Origin: Eledone cirrhosa
Lineage: Eukaryota
Length of the DNA: 64,000 nucleotides
Direction: 5' to 3'
Assembly: GCA_964016885.1 (NCBI GenBank)
Contig: OZ024741.1
Location: 297,352,001-297,416,000 of the forward strand
Shown here piece by piece: positions 12,986 to 24,984 of this stretch. Numbering within the stretch: the first letter of the stretch is position 1; each line of letters opens with the position of its first letter. The notes under the pieces were generated by a model that searched no databases, was not told the DNA's origin, and worked only from the letters and a program-made list of their open reading frames with translations. The translations under genes and the position numbers were made by a program.

Positions 12986-13386
12986 TGACCCCTTAGCCTT
13001 TGTCAGGGCAGAATTCTAGGAGAAGGAAAACTCTGATATAACACCTGCAACCCTGATGGTATCCAATGACGTTGACTTGTTCTTCTTTTTGGTAAATATC
13101 ATCTTGGTTAAGAGAGTGGGACTGGCTTTGTGCAGTACCTTTGTCACTATAAAAGCTTCACGGCACAGGCATTGCTTTATATCTGGAGATCTCTCTGCAC
13201 TTGTCGTCACATGGTACCATGGGCCCAGCACTATGTGTCAATAATTGTCACAAGTGTAGTGTTTGTACCAGAGTTTTCAAGTCGCTGGCTGGACTAAAAA
13301 GTCACACTCGTTCAGCGCATCGGTAGGGGTTCTCCTACATGGATATAAAGTAGTGGCCATACTCGAAAACGAGTTGGCAGCCACCA
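12986..13386 (+). mobile_element. Internally deleted RTE-BovB-like element
   Basis: RTE 5' signature ctaggagaaggaaaactctga joined to a 3' C2H2-like coding remnant CSVCTRVFKSLAGLKSHTRSAH*. Confidence 0.6.
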
Positions 13387-13544
13387 TATATATAGCAAGA
13401 GGTGCAAACAATATACTCCTATATCATTGTGTATATATATAGATCTTGATTTTACGAATGTTCACCGATTATTCGAATAATTTGATGTACGTTATATATA
13501 TATATATATATCAAACGTTATATATATATATATATATATATCAT

Positions 13545-14180
13545 CATTCATCATCATCATCATCATCGTTTAACGTCTATCTTCCACCCTGGCATGGATT
13601 AGACGGGAATAGTCCCACTTGAGGTAAGATCGATCGGGTGACTGTGTCTCGCTCGTATAGAACTGTATCTGGCAGGTTTTCTACGGCTTGATGCCTTTCC
13701 TAACACTAACCACATTTACAGTGTGGACTGGGAGCCTTTTTACCCTGTTTCCTATACGGCCACATTACAGCGTGGACTGTGTTTTTTTTTGTGTGACACC
13801 TACATGACCTCTTTAGTTTGGACTGGATGTTGTGGTACCAACATAACTTTACAGAGAAAGGGGTGGTGTTGATGGGGGGGGGTGGAGTAGGGGTAGTGGG
13901 TTGGGGTGTATATTTAGTTAGGAGGGGCCTACTGACTGTAGGTTAACTTTGCACGTAGGGAAGGCGGTCTTCTGTATTATTGCGTGGCGCCAAATATCTC
14001 GATCCAGTGAAATTGTCTTAGAGAGGTGCAAGGTGGGATTTTATCATGTCGTCCCAGGTTTTTACTCCGTAACTTCCATCAATTTTGATCGCCCTGCACT
14101 TTTTTATACAGCTGTCGCCTTTCATGCGCATCACATGACCATACTTACGTAATCTTCTCTCAAGTAAACAGCATCTGACA
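13545..14180 (-). mobile_element. RTE LINE 3' end (family of the 20.7-23.3 kb copy)
   Basis: YGHVMRMKGDSCIKKCRAIKIDGSYGV; same 3' UTR; (CAT)n tail. Confidence 0.92.
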
Positions 14181-14274
14181 GTTATGCATATAGACTCCCA
14201 CACATACATTCATATACTTGAATACACACACACATATATATTATATATATACGTGCGTGTGTATATATGAGAAA

Positions 14275-14382
14275 GAGTCAGGGCCCAATGGCTGAGCTCT
14301 TGCTGTTTCGACAGCTAATTTCAGACTCAAGTCTGGAATTAACTGCCGAGATGGCAAGAGCTCAGTTGTTGGGGCCTGACTT
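14275..14382. repeat. ~108-bp palindrome within TA-rich microsatellite
   Basis: gtcaggg.cccaa..gctgagctcttgc.gtttcg.cag.taatt.cagact / agtctg.aatta.ctg.cgag..gcaagagctcag..ttggggcctgac. Confidence 0.85.
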
Positions 14383-15245
14383 ACAGTCGCACTCTACTAT
14401 CCCAAGTATTGAATACTCTGTTGAATAATAGTCTTACTAGTTTAATACTGGTTTAATCCCGATATATATATATATATATATATCGGGATATATGTGTGTG
14501 TGTTTGTATATATGTGTGTATGTTTATATATATATATATATAAAAGCATCCAACCAAACAGAATTGGGAGGACTCTTTAGCCGTGTCAAAGACATGACAA
14601 CCTCTCCAATGCAGGCACCACAATATAATGCACTTGGTAGAGTGTGAGAATGTATGTGAGATGTGAGCAAGATACAGGCTCTCTGAGACATCTGTAGCTA
14701 TGCTTGAGTACTGACTAGGTTTGAATAACCCATCTGTCCCTTGCTGGCAAGGAAAATGATGATGATGATGATATATAATCTCATACTGGTTTCAATGAAT
14801 AGACTACAGCCATAGCTTTAAATCTCTGGATTCAAGAAGAGAGAGTTGAACAACATTCTAAATCTAAAACATCTTGGAGTTACTGATATCCGAGTCCAGC
14901 TACACAGATCAGTCACATATGCATGCACATGCACACTACATCTTTGATCTATGATAGAATTAGATACTGCAATTGCTTGATGTACAACAGACAAACCTTT
15001 CAATATCCTCTCTTGAAAGAAAACACTTAGACATTCTACTATTTTAAAATCACTGATAAGTATACTGTATTTTTGGAATATAAGATGCACATTTATTTTG
15101 AAGAAAAAATTGTTTAGAGAAAAACTGGAATCAGTAAAAGAGTAGCTAATATTTATCTCCCATTTTAAATGTTTATATTTAGCTATAAACCTTGCATCAT
15201 AATCCTACGTAAGAAGATTTGTTAAATTATGTTTTAAACACAGGA

Positions 15246-15586
15246 GGCACATGGCTTAGTGGTTAGAGCATTGGCTTTGCAATCGAAAGGTTGTGAGTTC
15301 AATTCTCAGACCGGGTGATCTGTTGTTTCCTTGAGCAAGACACTTTATTTCACATTGCTCCAGTTTACTTAGCTGTAGAAATGAGATGATAGGACTGCGG
15401 TCCATATCATTCCACTGCAAAGTGGTCGTGGAGGTGCCACGGTAAAAAAGCACCCAGCACTCACTGTAATTGAGGTTGGTGTTAGGAAGGGCATCCAGCT
15501 GTAGAAATCAAGCCAGAATCAGTTCCCGTCCCACCCTTGCAAGCAGGGAAAAGTGGACGTAAAATGAAATGATGATGATGATGATG
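15246..15586 (+). mobile_element. Full-length tRNA-head SINE with RTE-derived body and tail
   Basis: A box TGGCTTAGTGG, B box GAGTTCAATTC, CORE-like ccttgagcaagacact, (GAT)n tail; TSD acacagga at 15238 and 15587. Confidence 0.9.
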
Positions 15587-15594
15587 ACACAGGA

Positions 15595-15905
15595 TCTTTG
15601 GAGTAATGTTACTCGATAGAGTTCATAGCTCAGAGGGTTGCTCCAGGTAGAACTGCTACTTCTCTGAATTGAGAAATCACAGCTCCGATACTATGGTCAT
15701 GTGGTTAGAATGTCTCAGGAAAAATGGCTGAACAAATTTTACGGGCAAAAACCGACCGGCATGAAACCCAGGAGTAGACCCTGAGCAAGATGATTAGATA
15801 ACATCCATGAGCTTGGCTGGTCTCGCTTGGGGATCCTGCCAGATCAGTTGCAGTTGGTTACTCCTGACAGGACCTACTGGAAAGAGTGTCAGGAATAACT
15901 GAGCG
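15595..15905 (+). mobile_element. RTE 3' fragment
   Basis: Homologous to 39160-39480. Confidence 0.75.
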
Positions 15906-16086
15906 AAGATTTTCAAACACTAGCTAAATATTGAAAAAGTTAGTTATATTACTAAATCTCTTTAAATTCTTGATTATTTTCAAAATTATTTAAAAATTAT
16001 AGGCAGGTTCTTTCATTAGAATTATGATAATGAAAGGGTTAAGCCAATATGTATTACTTATTTATGTATTTTCATCTTATTTTCAG

Positions 16087-16230
16087 GTTTCATGTTTAGT
16101 GAACATGAAGCTACAGCTTTGATTCAACTAGAAGGTGGTCCTTGTGCTGTGATAGCTCCTGTTCAAACTTATATACTAAAACATGCTCTGTTTTGTTCTG
16201 AAAATGCCAGTGATGATCTTAATGTTTCAG
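16087..16230 (+). CDS. MINDY3: MINDY3 exon 2 (catalytic Cys)
   Basis: tttcag| GFMFSEHEATALIQLEGGPCAVIAPVQTYILKHALF... |gtaaat; Q..EGGPCAVIAPVQ is the MINDY3 catalytic-Cys motif; 144 nt, phase 1-1. Confidence 0.97.
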
Positions 16231-16924
16231 GTAAATCATTCTCTCTCTGGTTAAATTATACTTGCTGAAGATTGAAAATGTTGTAGTGTACAGTGGTGCC
16301 AGTACTAGAAAGGTTGTTACAAACACAACCTCACTAGTGCTGGTACCATGATAAAATGCACACAGTACTGTTTGTAAAGTGATTGACATTTGGAAGGGCA
16401 TTCAGCTGTAGAAACCACACCAAGCAAAAGGTTGTGAGAATTCTTCAATTATGTCAAGGGTATGATAACCTCCTTAGTGTTGCTCTAAAGTGGTTAGCAT
16501 CAGGAAGGTCATCCAGCCAAAGAAAGAGTAGAGAGGGTCCTTCAGATGTGTCATGGATATGACAATCCTTCCATGTACTGGTGCCACAATAAAACACATC
16601 CAGTACAAAAGTAAAGATGAATGGAATGGGAACACTGTTGTCTTTCCTTTCCTCTCTGATCCAGGAATTGAACCCATGACCTTATAATATAATACTCTCA
16701 CTGTTCTTTCTACCTCTTCAACAGAGATGGATTATGTTTGTATGAGGACCCTGGCAAACATTTTTATTGGGTATTATATATTATTTATGGTAGCAAACAA
16801 ATTAATTTGGGGTCCTTTAGATGGTGTGGGTCTCTTGGTTAGCCCCCAGCCACTTAATCCACTGTTCCTCTTCAATATTCTTTCTAGTTCTTTAATTTTC
16901 TCTTCCACTGTTTCATCCATTTCC

Positions 16925-17075
16925 TCTATTGTATTACCCCACTATTGCCCTCTATTATATTACCCCACTATTGCCCTCTATTATATTACCCCACTGTTGC
17001 CCTCTATTATATTATCCCACTGTTGCCCTCTAATATATTACCCAATTATTGCCCTCTTTTCTATTATATTGCTCT
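16925..17075. repeat. 26-bp minisatellite, ~5-6 copies
   Basis: ctattatattaccccactattgccct repeated just upstream of the exon 3 acceptor. Confidence 0.85.
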
Positions 17076-17109
17076 ACCATTAGTCACCTTTCATTTTAAA
17101 TGTCTACAG

Positions 17110-17317
17110 AGGAGATGGCAATTACATTCCTGCTGCATGGTCTGCTGGAGATACTGTTGCAGCTGGCCAGTGACAACTACATCATTGTGACACTGGAGAA
17201 AAATTGGAACACGGCTGTTAATGGCAGCAACTCGCCAGAAGATCTGCAACAACAAGGTGAAAGTACTAATCCTAAAAGACCTAGAATGGATAAGGACAAC
17301 TTTCATTCTTACTTAAG
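17110..17317 (+). CDS. MINDY3: MINDY3 exon 3
   Basis: ctacag| EEMAITFLLHGLLEILLQLASDNYIIVTL...DNFHSYL |gtac; 208 nt, phase 1-2 fits both neighbours. Confidence 0.88.
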
Positions 17318-17826
17318 GTACTACATATTCTGTTATTCTTATACTGGTTTCAGTCATTACACTGCAGCCATACTGGGGCACTGCTTTGATTTAGTCGATC
17401 ATAGGGATTCTAGTACTTATATCTTCAAGTCTGGTATTTATTTCATCAACCTCTTTATTTTTGTCAAACTACCATGGTATGGAACACATGCACGTGCACA
17501 CACGCATGCACGCGCACACACACACACACACAGAGTTAAAATTAAGGATAGATTTTCTTACAAATTGAAGATTATAGGTAAAAAATAAAGTGGAAAAGTA
17601 CAGAAGTGTATTTTAAAAATCTCTTTTGCTTTACCCTCTAAATATTTCCTTTTTCTTTACACTTCTAATTCTTTCACTGACTCTGTTATAAAGGTTAGAT
17701 CAGAGGTAGGGAATGTTTTCATGTTGAAAGGCCACATTAAGTTACTTGTAATATAATAAGGCCACATTTAAGAAACCATAATTATATATTCTTAAAATGA
17801 CATTATTTTGTAAAACTCTAATTAAT

Positions 17827-17911
17827 TGTTTCTACATTTGGCACAAGGCCAGCAATTACCCAGTGTATTACTGGTACTTTATTTTATCGACCCCGAAAGG
17901 ATGAAAGGCAA
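17827..17911 (-). mobile_element. Truncated SINE
   Basis: Near-identical to 1052-1138 and 38421-38509. Confidence 0.8.
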
Positions 17912-18229
17912 ATGTATTAATATCTAAAAAATGGAAAAATTTAATTTTAAAGCTAACTAGCTTTTAATGACTTTGTTGTGAGTGCTTGATGCAGGAAAGC
18001 ATTTTGATATTTGGTTGCAACATGGAGGACCTTATGATCTACTATTTTTTAAATTCTAACTCTGTCAATGTAGATTATTTTGTTGAATTTTCTTTTACAT
18101 TTTGCTATTTAAATTATGTTCATCTTCTGGTTTAAATTCAAATGATAAGAGATAGACAAAAACACATTAATAAAAATAAAAAATTTGTTGGCTGCACAGA
18201 ATGCCATAGAAAGCCGCAAGTTCCCCATC

Positions 18230-18870
18230 TCGAGGTTAGATCATCAGCATATAGGAATTTCCATGAAGCGCTTGTCTTAAACTCTTCTATTTTGGCCTGG
18301 AGAATAATGATAAAAGGGAGTGGACTGAGCCCTGGTAGTACCCCATCTACCTTTCAAATTCATTACTGTACTCATTACCAACTCTCTCCTTGCTGCTTGC
18401 ATCTCTATGAATTGTTTGCACAGCCCTCACAAGCCATTCATCTACACCTGGCTTCCTTAGCACCCATTCGGTTATGCCAGGTACAGAGGCTTACTTTTAG
18501 CTAAACACTTCTGAAGTTGTTTCACAAGGAAGAGGGAATTCATAATATTCCTACCTGGCATAATGCTGAACTGCATCTCATCTAATTTGATTCTGTTCCT
18601 AATTAGTTGCACTATAACTTTTAGTAACTTTCATGACATGGTGTATTAACTTGATGCTTCTGTAGTTAGCTCTCTGTCTATCTTGCGATGATACTGCTGC
18701 ACCAATCATTAGGTATGACACCTTCCTGTATTACTTGATTGATTATGTGCCTGGGTAGCTCATAATCTACTATGCCAGATGTTTTTAGCATCACAGCAAC
18801 TATACCAGGTTGCTCAACTACCTTCCTTACTTTTGTATCTTTAATCATGTTGTCTATCACTGTTGTCAAC
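18230..18870 (-). mobile_element. Degraded RTE RT fragments
   Basis: GIVAVMLKTSG...VIPNDWCSSII; remnant of the YADD motif near 18240. Confidence 0.8.
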
Positions 18871-19311
18871 TTTTATGGCTGAACCCTCAGTCATGTCTAA
18901 TGTATATATTGTATATATGAGTTGTGAAGAGATTAGTGCCAAGCTGTATCTGCTTTTGTCTTTTCCTTGGACAACGGCATGCATTGTGTATAATATGAGT
19001 TGTGATGACACTGATACCGAGTTGCAGTGGCCTTTGTTTTTTCCTTTGACAACATTGGTGCCATGGAAAGGGGAGACATGCATGCATTGGACGACTGCTA
19101 GTTTTCCCATAAATAACTATGCCCAGACTTGTTTCTTGGAGAGCAACTTTCCAGGGGCAAACACCCATGGTCAGTGATAACCCCAAACAAACCTTTTTTC
19201 TATTATTGTTATTGTTACATCATCACCACCGTTTAACATCCATTTTTCCACGCTGTCATGGGTTATGACTGTAATTGAAATGATTGAACATCTCATCTCT
19301 CTGTTTCACAG

Positions 19312-19426
19312 ATGCCACCAGTGTTCCAATCCAGAACAATTGAAAAGTTGTGTGAAAGAAAATCTTAGCTCATTTACAACAGAATATGGTGTACTGCTCT
19401 ACCTTTATTCTGTGATTCTTTCAAAG
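19312..19426 (+). CDS. MINDY3: MINDY3 exon 4
   Basis: ttcacag| ...EYGVLLYLYSVILSK |gtaacc; matches conserved GVLLFLYSV.L.K; phase 2-0. Confidence 0.96.
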
Positions 19427-20691
19427 GTAACCCACCTATGTCTATTTAATCACACCTTTATTTATTTGTACACTCTTACATATCTTTCTTTAAACCCAAA
19501 TACTACTCTTATGTGATTTTCTTCACCTTAGGATAATGTTACTGTTTTTGTTTGTACACCCTTTCATGACCATATTTCTAATGAAATACACTCTATGTCA
19601 ATTAATTAAGGAGGAATTTTGAGGGATTTGCTAATATTATTAATCAATTCATTACCAAGACTAGCAGAAAAACCACCCTTTGGGTGGTTTTCTGCTAGCA
19701 TGTGTAGTGTGCATATTGATATTATATGCAAATATATATGCATGTAGATATACATCAAATAAAATCGTAATTGAGAATATGCAAAGAAATTGAAGAGACT
19801 GTGTTACTTCTCTTCTGTAATCAGTAAAGTAATCCATGATACATTTAAAAAAGAGGATATTATATATAAACTGCATTACATCAAAATTTTATGAAAATGA
19901 AAAAGGAGAAAATTAGCAATGGAAATATAAACCTTATATAACGATAAAAGTCTATGAATGCTTATATAAGTGATGTGATATAGTGTCCATTATATCATAA
20001 CTGGAAGTATTGACATTTGAAAATTTTGAAAGAAGTGAATTTTGAAATAAGCAATAAAATTATTTATATTTAATCAAGAGTTACGAAATTTAGTACATAA
20101 ATTATGTAATATTCATTCATTATTTATTCAAAGTAATCCAACTTATTTTACTAACGGGATAAAAAAAATATATTCAGGACACAGTCCCGCATTCCTCCCT
20201 TTAGTATATTATGATAGTAACTTAACATAATGGTTTCTATATAAAATTAAGTTAGAACATTTTAACTTAAAAAGAAACTCTTTAAAATGTGTGGTTTTGT
20301 TTCATAGAACCAGATCTGGTTTTTGCCAAGTTAATATGAAAAGGGTTAAATAGAAACCCTTAAAAATGGGTGGTTTTGCTTCATAGAGCCAGAGATGGTT
20401 TCAGCTGGATGGTATAAAAAGAGTTAAGCCAGTTGGGAAATAAAGCTTGAGTATTTGAGTGTCATTCAAACTGGTCTTCAGCACTTTTGTGTTTTGCCTC
20501 ATATAAGATGCATTTCTCTCAGCTCATCTTCAACTGTTCTACACCCATGACTGTATTAGTGTTAAGGCTGAAATTTAAGGGGCTTGTCAAAGTTTTTCCT
20601 GAAGCACTGTTATCTGAACCTTAGAGCTTCAATGGATAAAGACAATTTGCATTTCTATACATATATATTTATCCATACACACTCATAATAA

Positions 20692-23326
20692 TTTTAAAAG
20701 CTTATTACTTGATGCCTTTGACAATAAGGAAGAGAAATTAGAGACGTGCTATATAGAGGAACAGTGGCAATTCTTGAAAGTGAACCTGCTGAAAGCAATG
20801 AATGAAATCTCTGGCTGAGCAGACCTATTGGCAGGAGGAGAGTAACTTGGTGGTGGAACAGTAAGGTAGAAGAGACAATCAAGGCCAAAAAGCAGGCTTG
20901 GAAAGTATGGCAGGATGGGGGAAGGAGAGAGCACTATCAGGTGGCCAGGAGAGAAGCTAGGAGACAAGTGTACCTTGCAAAAAGGGAAGCAGAGGAAAGA
21001 AAGTTCAAGCATGTTCTACAACGTGAGGACCAAAAACGTGAGGTGTTCAGGACTGCTAGACAATGTGTCAAGGAAAACCGTGATATTGTCGGGGAGAAGT
21101 GTGTCCATAATGATAATGGTGTACTTGCCCTCACTGATGCTGATAAGAAGATAGCTTGGAAGTGTCACTACGAGAGACTATTAAATGAGGAGAATAAGTG
21201 GGAAAAAGATAGTCTGCCCCAAATCGATCCAATAGAAGGACCAGCGGTGCAAGTTAAAGGTAGTGTAATAAGTAAGGAAATCAAAGATATGAAGACAGGC
21301 AAGGCAGCTGGGCCTTCGGAGATAGTTGCTGAGATGTTGAAGGCATCTGGAATGGTGGGACATAGTATGGTCACCCGTATAGTTAACCAAGTAATACAGA
21401 ATTGGGTCACATCAAAAGACTGGCGTAGCAGCATCATCATTAACTGCTACACGGGTAAAGGAGATGCTCTAGATAGAGGAAACTATAGAGGCATTAAGTT
21501 AGTTGACCAGGTCATGAAGGTCACAGAAAGAGTTATAGCGCAACTAATCAAAGAGCAAATTGATCTAGATGAAATGCAGTTTGGGTTTGTGTCAGGTAAA
21601 AGTACCATAGACACTCATTTCCTTGTACGACAACTACAAGAGAAGTACCTAGCTAAAAGTAAACCCCTCTACTTAGCTTTTGTAGACCTGGAGAATGCCT
21701 TTGACAGAGTCCCCCGCTCCATTATATGGTGGGCTCTTAGAAAACTAGGTGTAGATGAATGGCTTGTGAGAGCTATACAAGCTATGTATAATGAAACAGT
21801 CAGTAAGGTTAGAATTAACAATGAATATTGTGAAGAATTTAGTGTAAAAGTTGGTGTTCACCAAGGCTCTGTCCTTAGCCACCTCCTATTTATTATTGCC
21901 CTTCAGGCTATAACAGAGGAGTTCAAGACCGGCTGCCCATGGGAACTCCTATACGCAGATGATCTAACGCTCATAGCTGAATCAATGGCTGAACTAGAGA
22001 AGAAATTCCAAACATGGAAGCATAGCCTAGAATCAAAAGGCCTTAAAGTTAACTTGTCTAAGACTAAATTCCTAGTTTGTAGAAAGGAAAATAAGGCACA
22101 GGTACCCTCAGGGAAATGGCCATGCTCAGTGTGTAGGAAAGGAGTAGGCAGAAATTCAATTTTATGTCACAAATGCAAAGTATGGGTACATAAAAGATGT
22201 AGTGGGATCACAGGTAAGCTAACTAAGAATATAGATTTTATATGTGGCCGGTGCTCTGGTGCAATAAGTAGCAGCAAGTACCCACAGAATACTAGCTCAT
22301 TCCATTGCACAGATGGTTCTATAGAAATAGTGGACACTTTCCGTTACCTAGGTGACGAAATCAACAGTGGTGGAGGGTGTTCTGAAAGTACAGTAGCCAG
22401 AGTCAGAACGCGATGGAAAAAGTTCAGAGAGCTTATACCGCTGTTGGCCACAAAAGGTTTCTCTCTAAAAATGAAAGGCAGATTGTATGATGCTTGTATA
22501 CGAACAGCAATGCTACATGGCAGTGAGACATGGGCATTGTGTGCAGAGGACCTGCGCAGACTGGAAAGGAACGAAGCATGCATGCTCCGTTGGATGTGTA
22601 ATAGTGATATACATGAACAGCAAAGCATAAATGAACTAAGTGAGAAATTAGGAATAAGAGGGATCAAATGCTGTTTACTTGAGGGAAGACTACGTTGGTA
22701 TGGCCACGTGATGCGCATGAAAGACGACAGCTGTATAAAAAAGTGCAGGGCGATCAAAATTGATGGTAGTTACGGAGTAGGTAGACCCAGAAAAACCTGG
22801 GACGATCTGATAAATTCCGACCTTACACACTTGCACCTCTCTAAGACAATATCACTGGACCGAGATCTTTGGCGCTACACAGTAATACAGAAGACCTGCC
22901 TTGCCTATGTACAAAGCAAAACCTACAGTCAGCAGGCACCTCTTAACCAAATATACACCCCAATCCACTACCCTACCCTATCCTCCCACTCCCACCAACA
23001 CCACCCTCTCTCTATAAAGTTGGTACCACAACATCCAGTCCAAATAAATGAGATAATGAGATCGAGATCGTGTAGGTGTCACGACAAAAAACACACACAG
23101 TCCACGCTGTAATGTGGCCATGTAGGTAACACGGTAAAAAGTTCCCAGTTCCACACTGTAAATGTGGTTGGTGTTAGGAAGGGCATCCAGCCGTAGAAAA
23201 CCTGCCAGATAGTCCTATATGAGCGAGACACGGTCACCCGACCAACTTTGCCTCAAGTGGGACAACTCCCGTCTAACCCATGCTAGTGTGGAAAATGGAC
23301 GTTAAACGATGATGATGATGATGATG
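20692..23326 (+). mobile_element. 5'-truncated RTE LINE with long open RT ORF (20941-23112)
   Basis: NYRGIKL, QFGF, AFVDLENAFD, GVHQGSVLS, LLYADDL, FRYLG, LRWYGHVMR, GRPRKTW; homology continues upstream to ~20692 across a 1-nt frameshift; (GAT)n tail. Confidence 0.96.
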
Positions 23327-23400
23327 TTTCATGTAAAAAAAAAAAAAAATTGACTCTATTTTATCAATACTTAATAATAAGTGAATGACCTTTCACTGTA

Positions 23401-23635
23401 TCATCATCATCGTTTAATGTCTATCTTCCATGCTAGCATGGGTTAGACGGGTTTGTCCCATTTAGAGGCAAGTTGGGTTGGGTGACCGTGTCTCGTTCAT
23501 ATAGGACTATTTCTGGCTGGTTTTCTATGGCTGGATGCCCTTCCTAATGCCAACCACATTTATAGTATATGCTGGGTGCTTTTTGCCATGTCTCCTACAC
23601 GACCATTTTACAGTGTGGGCTGGATGTTTTGTGTA
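23401..23635 (-). mobile_element. Inverted RTE 3' UTR copy
   Basis: Reverse complement of ~23085-23326. Confidence 0.88.
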
Positions 23636-23787
23636 GATTCATTTTGAATATTGATATCTAATGAAAGAGAAGAATGGAAATAATTGATGATCATACAAAA
23701 AAATGAATACCTTGTCTCCTGGTTTTAATTTGGTTGTAGCTGAATGTTTCACTTGATCTACAGTAGTTCATATTTTCTTTTTATCAG

Positions 23788-23861
23788 GGTGTTGAACAGA
23801 TAAAGAATGAAGTTGAAGATCCTAATGAGTCACTTATTGATGGAACTTATGGCCATGGAAG
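23788..23861 (+). CDS. MINDY3: MINDY3 exon 5
   Basis: ttatcag| GVEQIKNEVEDPNESLIDGTYGHG |gtgagc; phase 0-2. Confidence 0.96.
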
Positions 23862-24544
23862 GTGAGCTCCTTGATAACACCATTAATTTGTTTCTTTAAT
23901 TTTTGTTGTGCATAATTTCTGTCAATAAATTTCATCATCATCATTTAATGCCTGCTCAGCGAAGAGAGAGAAGTCTCATCTGGCTCATACATTCCATATT
24001 TGGCATGGTTTCAATGGCTGGATGCTCTTCCTAATGCCAACCATCTTACAGGTTGGATTGGATACATTTTGTAACACCAGCAATAGAGAGGTTGTTGGTC
24101 ATTGACTCGACTTAAGAGTCCTTGCTACTCTACTATTTTTGTCTCTTTTCAATCACTAATTACTTTAGAGTGTACTGGATGCAGTTTATCGTAGCACCAC
24201 CTTCATGTAACAGTAAAGTTAAAGCTAAAGCCTATTTCAAGCCAGAAGGCTCGTCAGGTTGGTGTCTATGCCAATTTCATGGCGTGAAGCAACTGAGAGT
24301 ACAAGAATTTTCCCTGGACAGGGACAAAACCAACCAGCAGGAGATCCAGCGGTTGACTCCAAGCAAAATGGTTGGATAACATCCATTAACTCGTCTGGTC
24401 TCACTTGGGGATCCAGCCAGATCAATTGGAGACAGTTGCTTTTGACAGGACCTGCTGAAAGGAGTGTTTGCGGACTTTTCCCCCATGACCCTCCTAGGAA
24501 TAAATGGGCGAACAAGTAGAGAAGAAATCAGTGTGTGTATATAT

Positions 24545-24687
24545 ATATAACAAATTTAATATAGAAATGGCTTCTACAGGAGTAGAACTGTTTGATTCAA
24601 ACAAAATCATCTCTTTCCTGAGGATTTCATTCAAAGGAAACAGTTAAAGTCCTGTAGAAGCTATTTCTATATTAAATTTGTTGTATA
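24545..24687. mobile_element. Palindromic Penelope-like insertion with hammerhead-like core
   Basis: Arms acaaatttaatatagaaat.gcttctacagga / tcctgtagaagc.atttctatattaaatttgt; + strand CTGAGGA(24618)..GAAACAG..CTGTA; same family as 48896-49033. Confidence 0.7.
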
Positions 24688-24769
24688 CATTCTACTAATG
24701 TATTGAGTACCTTACTTACTGTGGTTACCCCTGATTGAACCCTGGACTGTCAACATGAATGAACCTGTT

Positions 24770-24965
24770 ATTTTTATCTAAAGACATTTTTTCCAATTCC
24801 AACCTGCCGGTCCCTTCAATCTATCTTATTTCTCATTCTTTCTTCTGATTAAGGACTAGCACCCGAAACGTCAAGACCCTCTTCCTGCTATTTCAAGCGT
24901 TAACCTTATATATTCAATCCCTATACTGTACCAATTGTGTTGTTATTTCTGTTTACCTTTTACAT
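24770..24965 (+). mobile_element. Penelope-like pLTR fragment with degenerate hammerhead
   Basis: TCTT-CTGATTA-AGGACTAGCACCC-GAAACGTC-AAGA at 24841-24876; a reverse copy lies at 34650-34705. Confidence 0.65.
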
Positions 24966-24984
24966 ACATACATATATATATATA

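Noticed and set aside
20941-23112. Host gene or active LINE
   Set aside because: 5'-truncated RTE copy without the endonuclease, frameshifted upstream, GTG start is arbitrary
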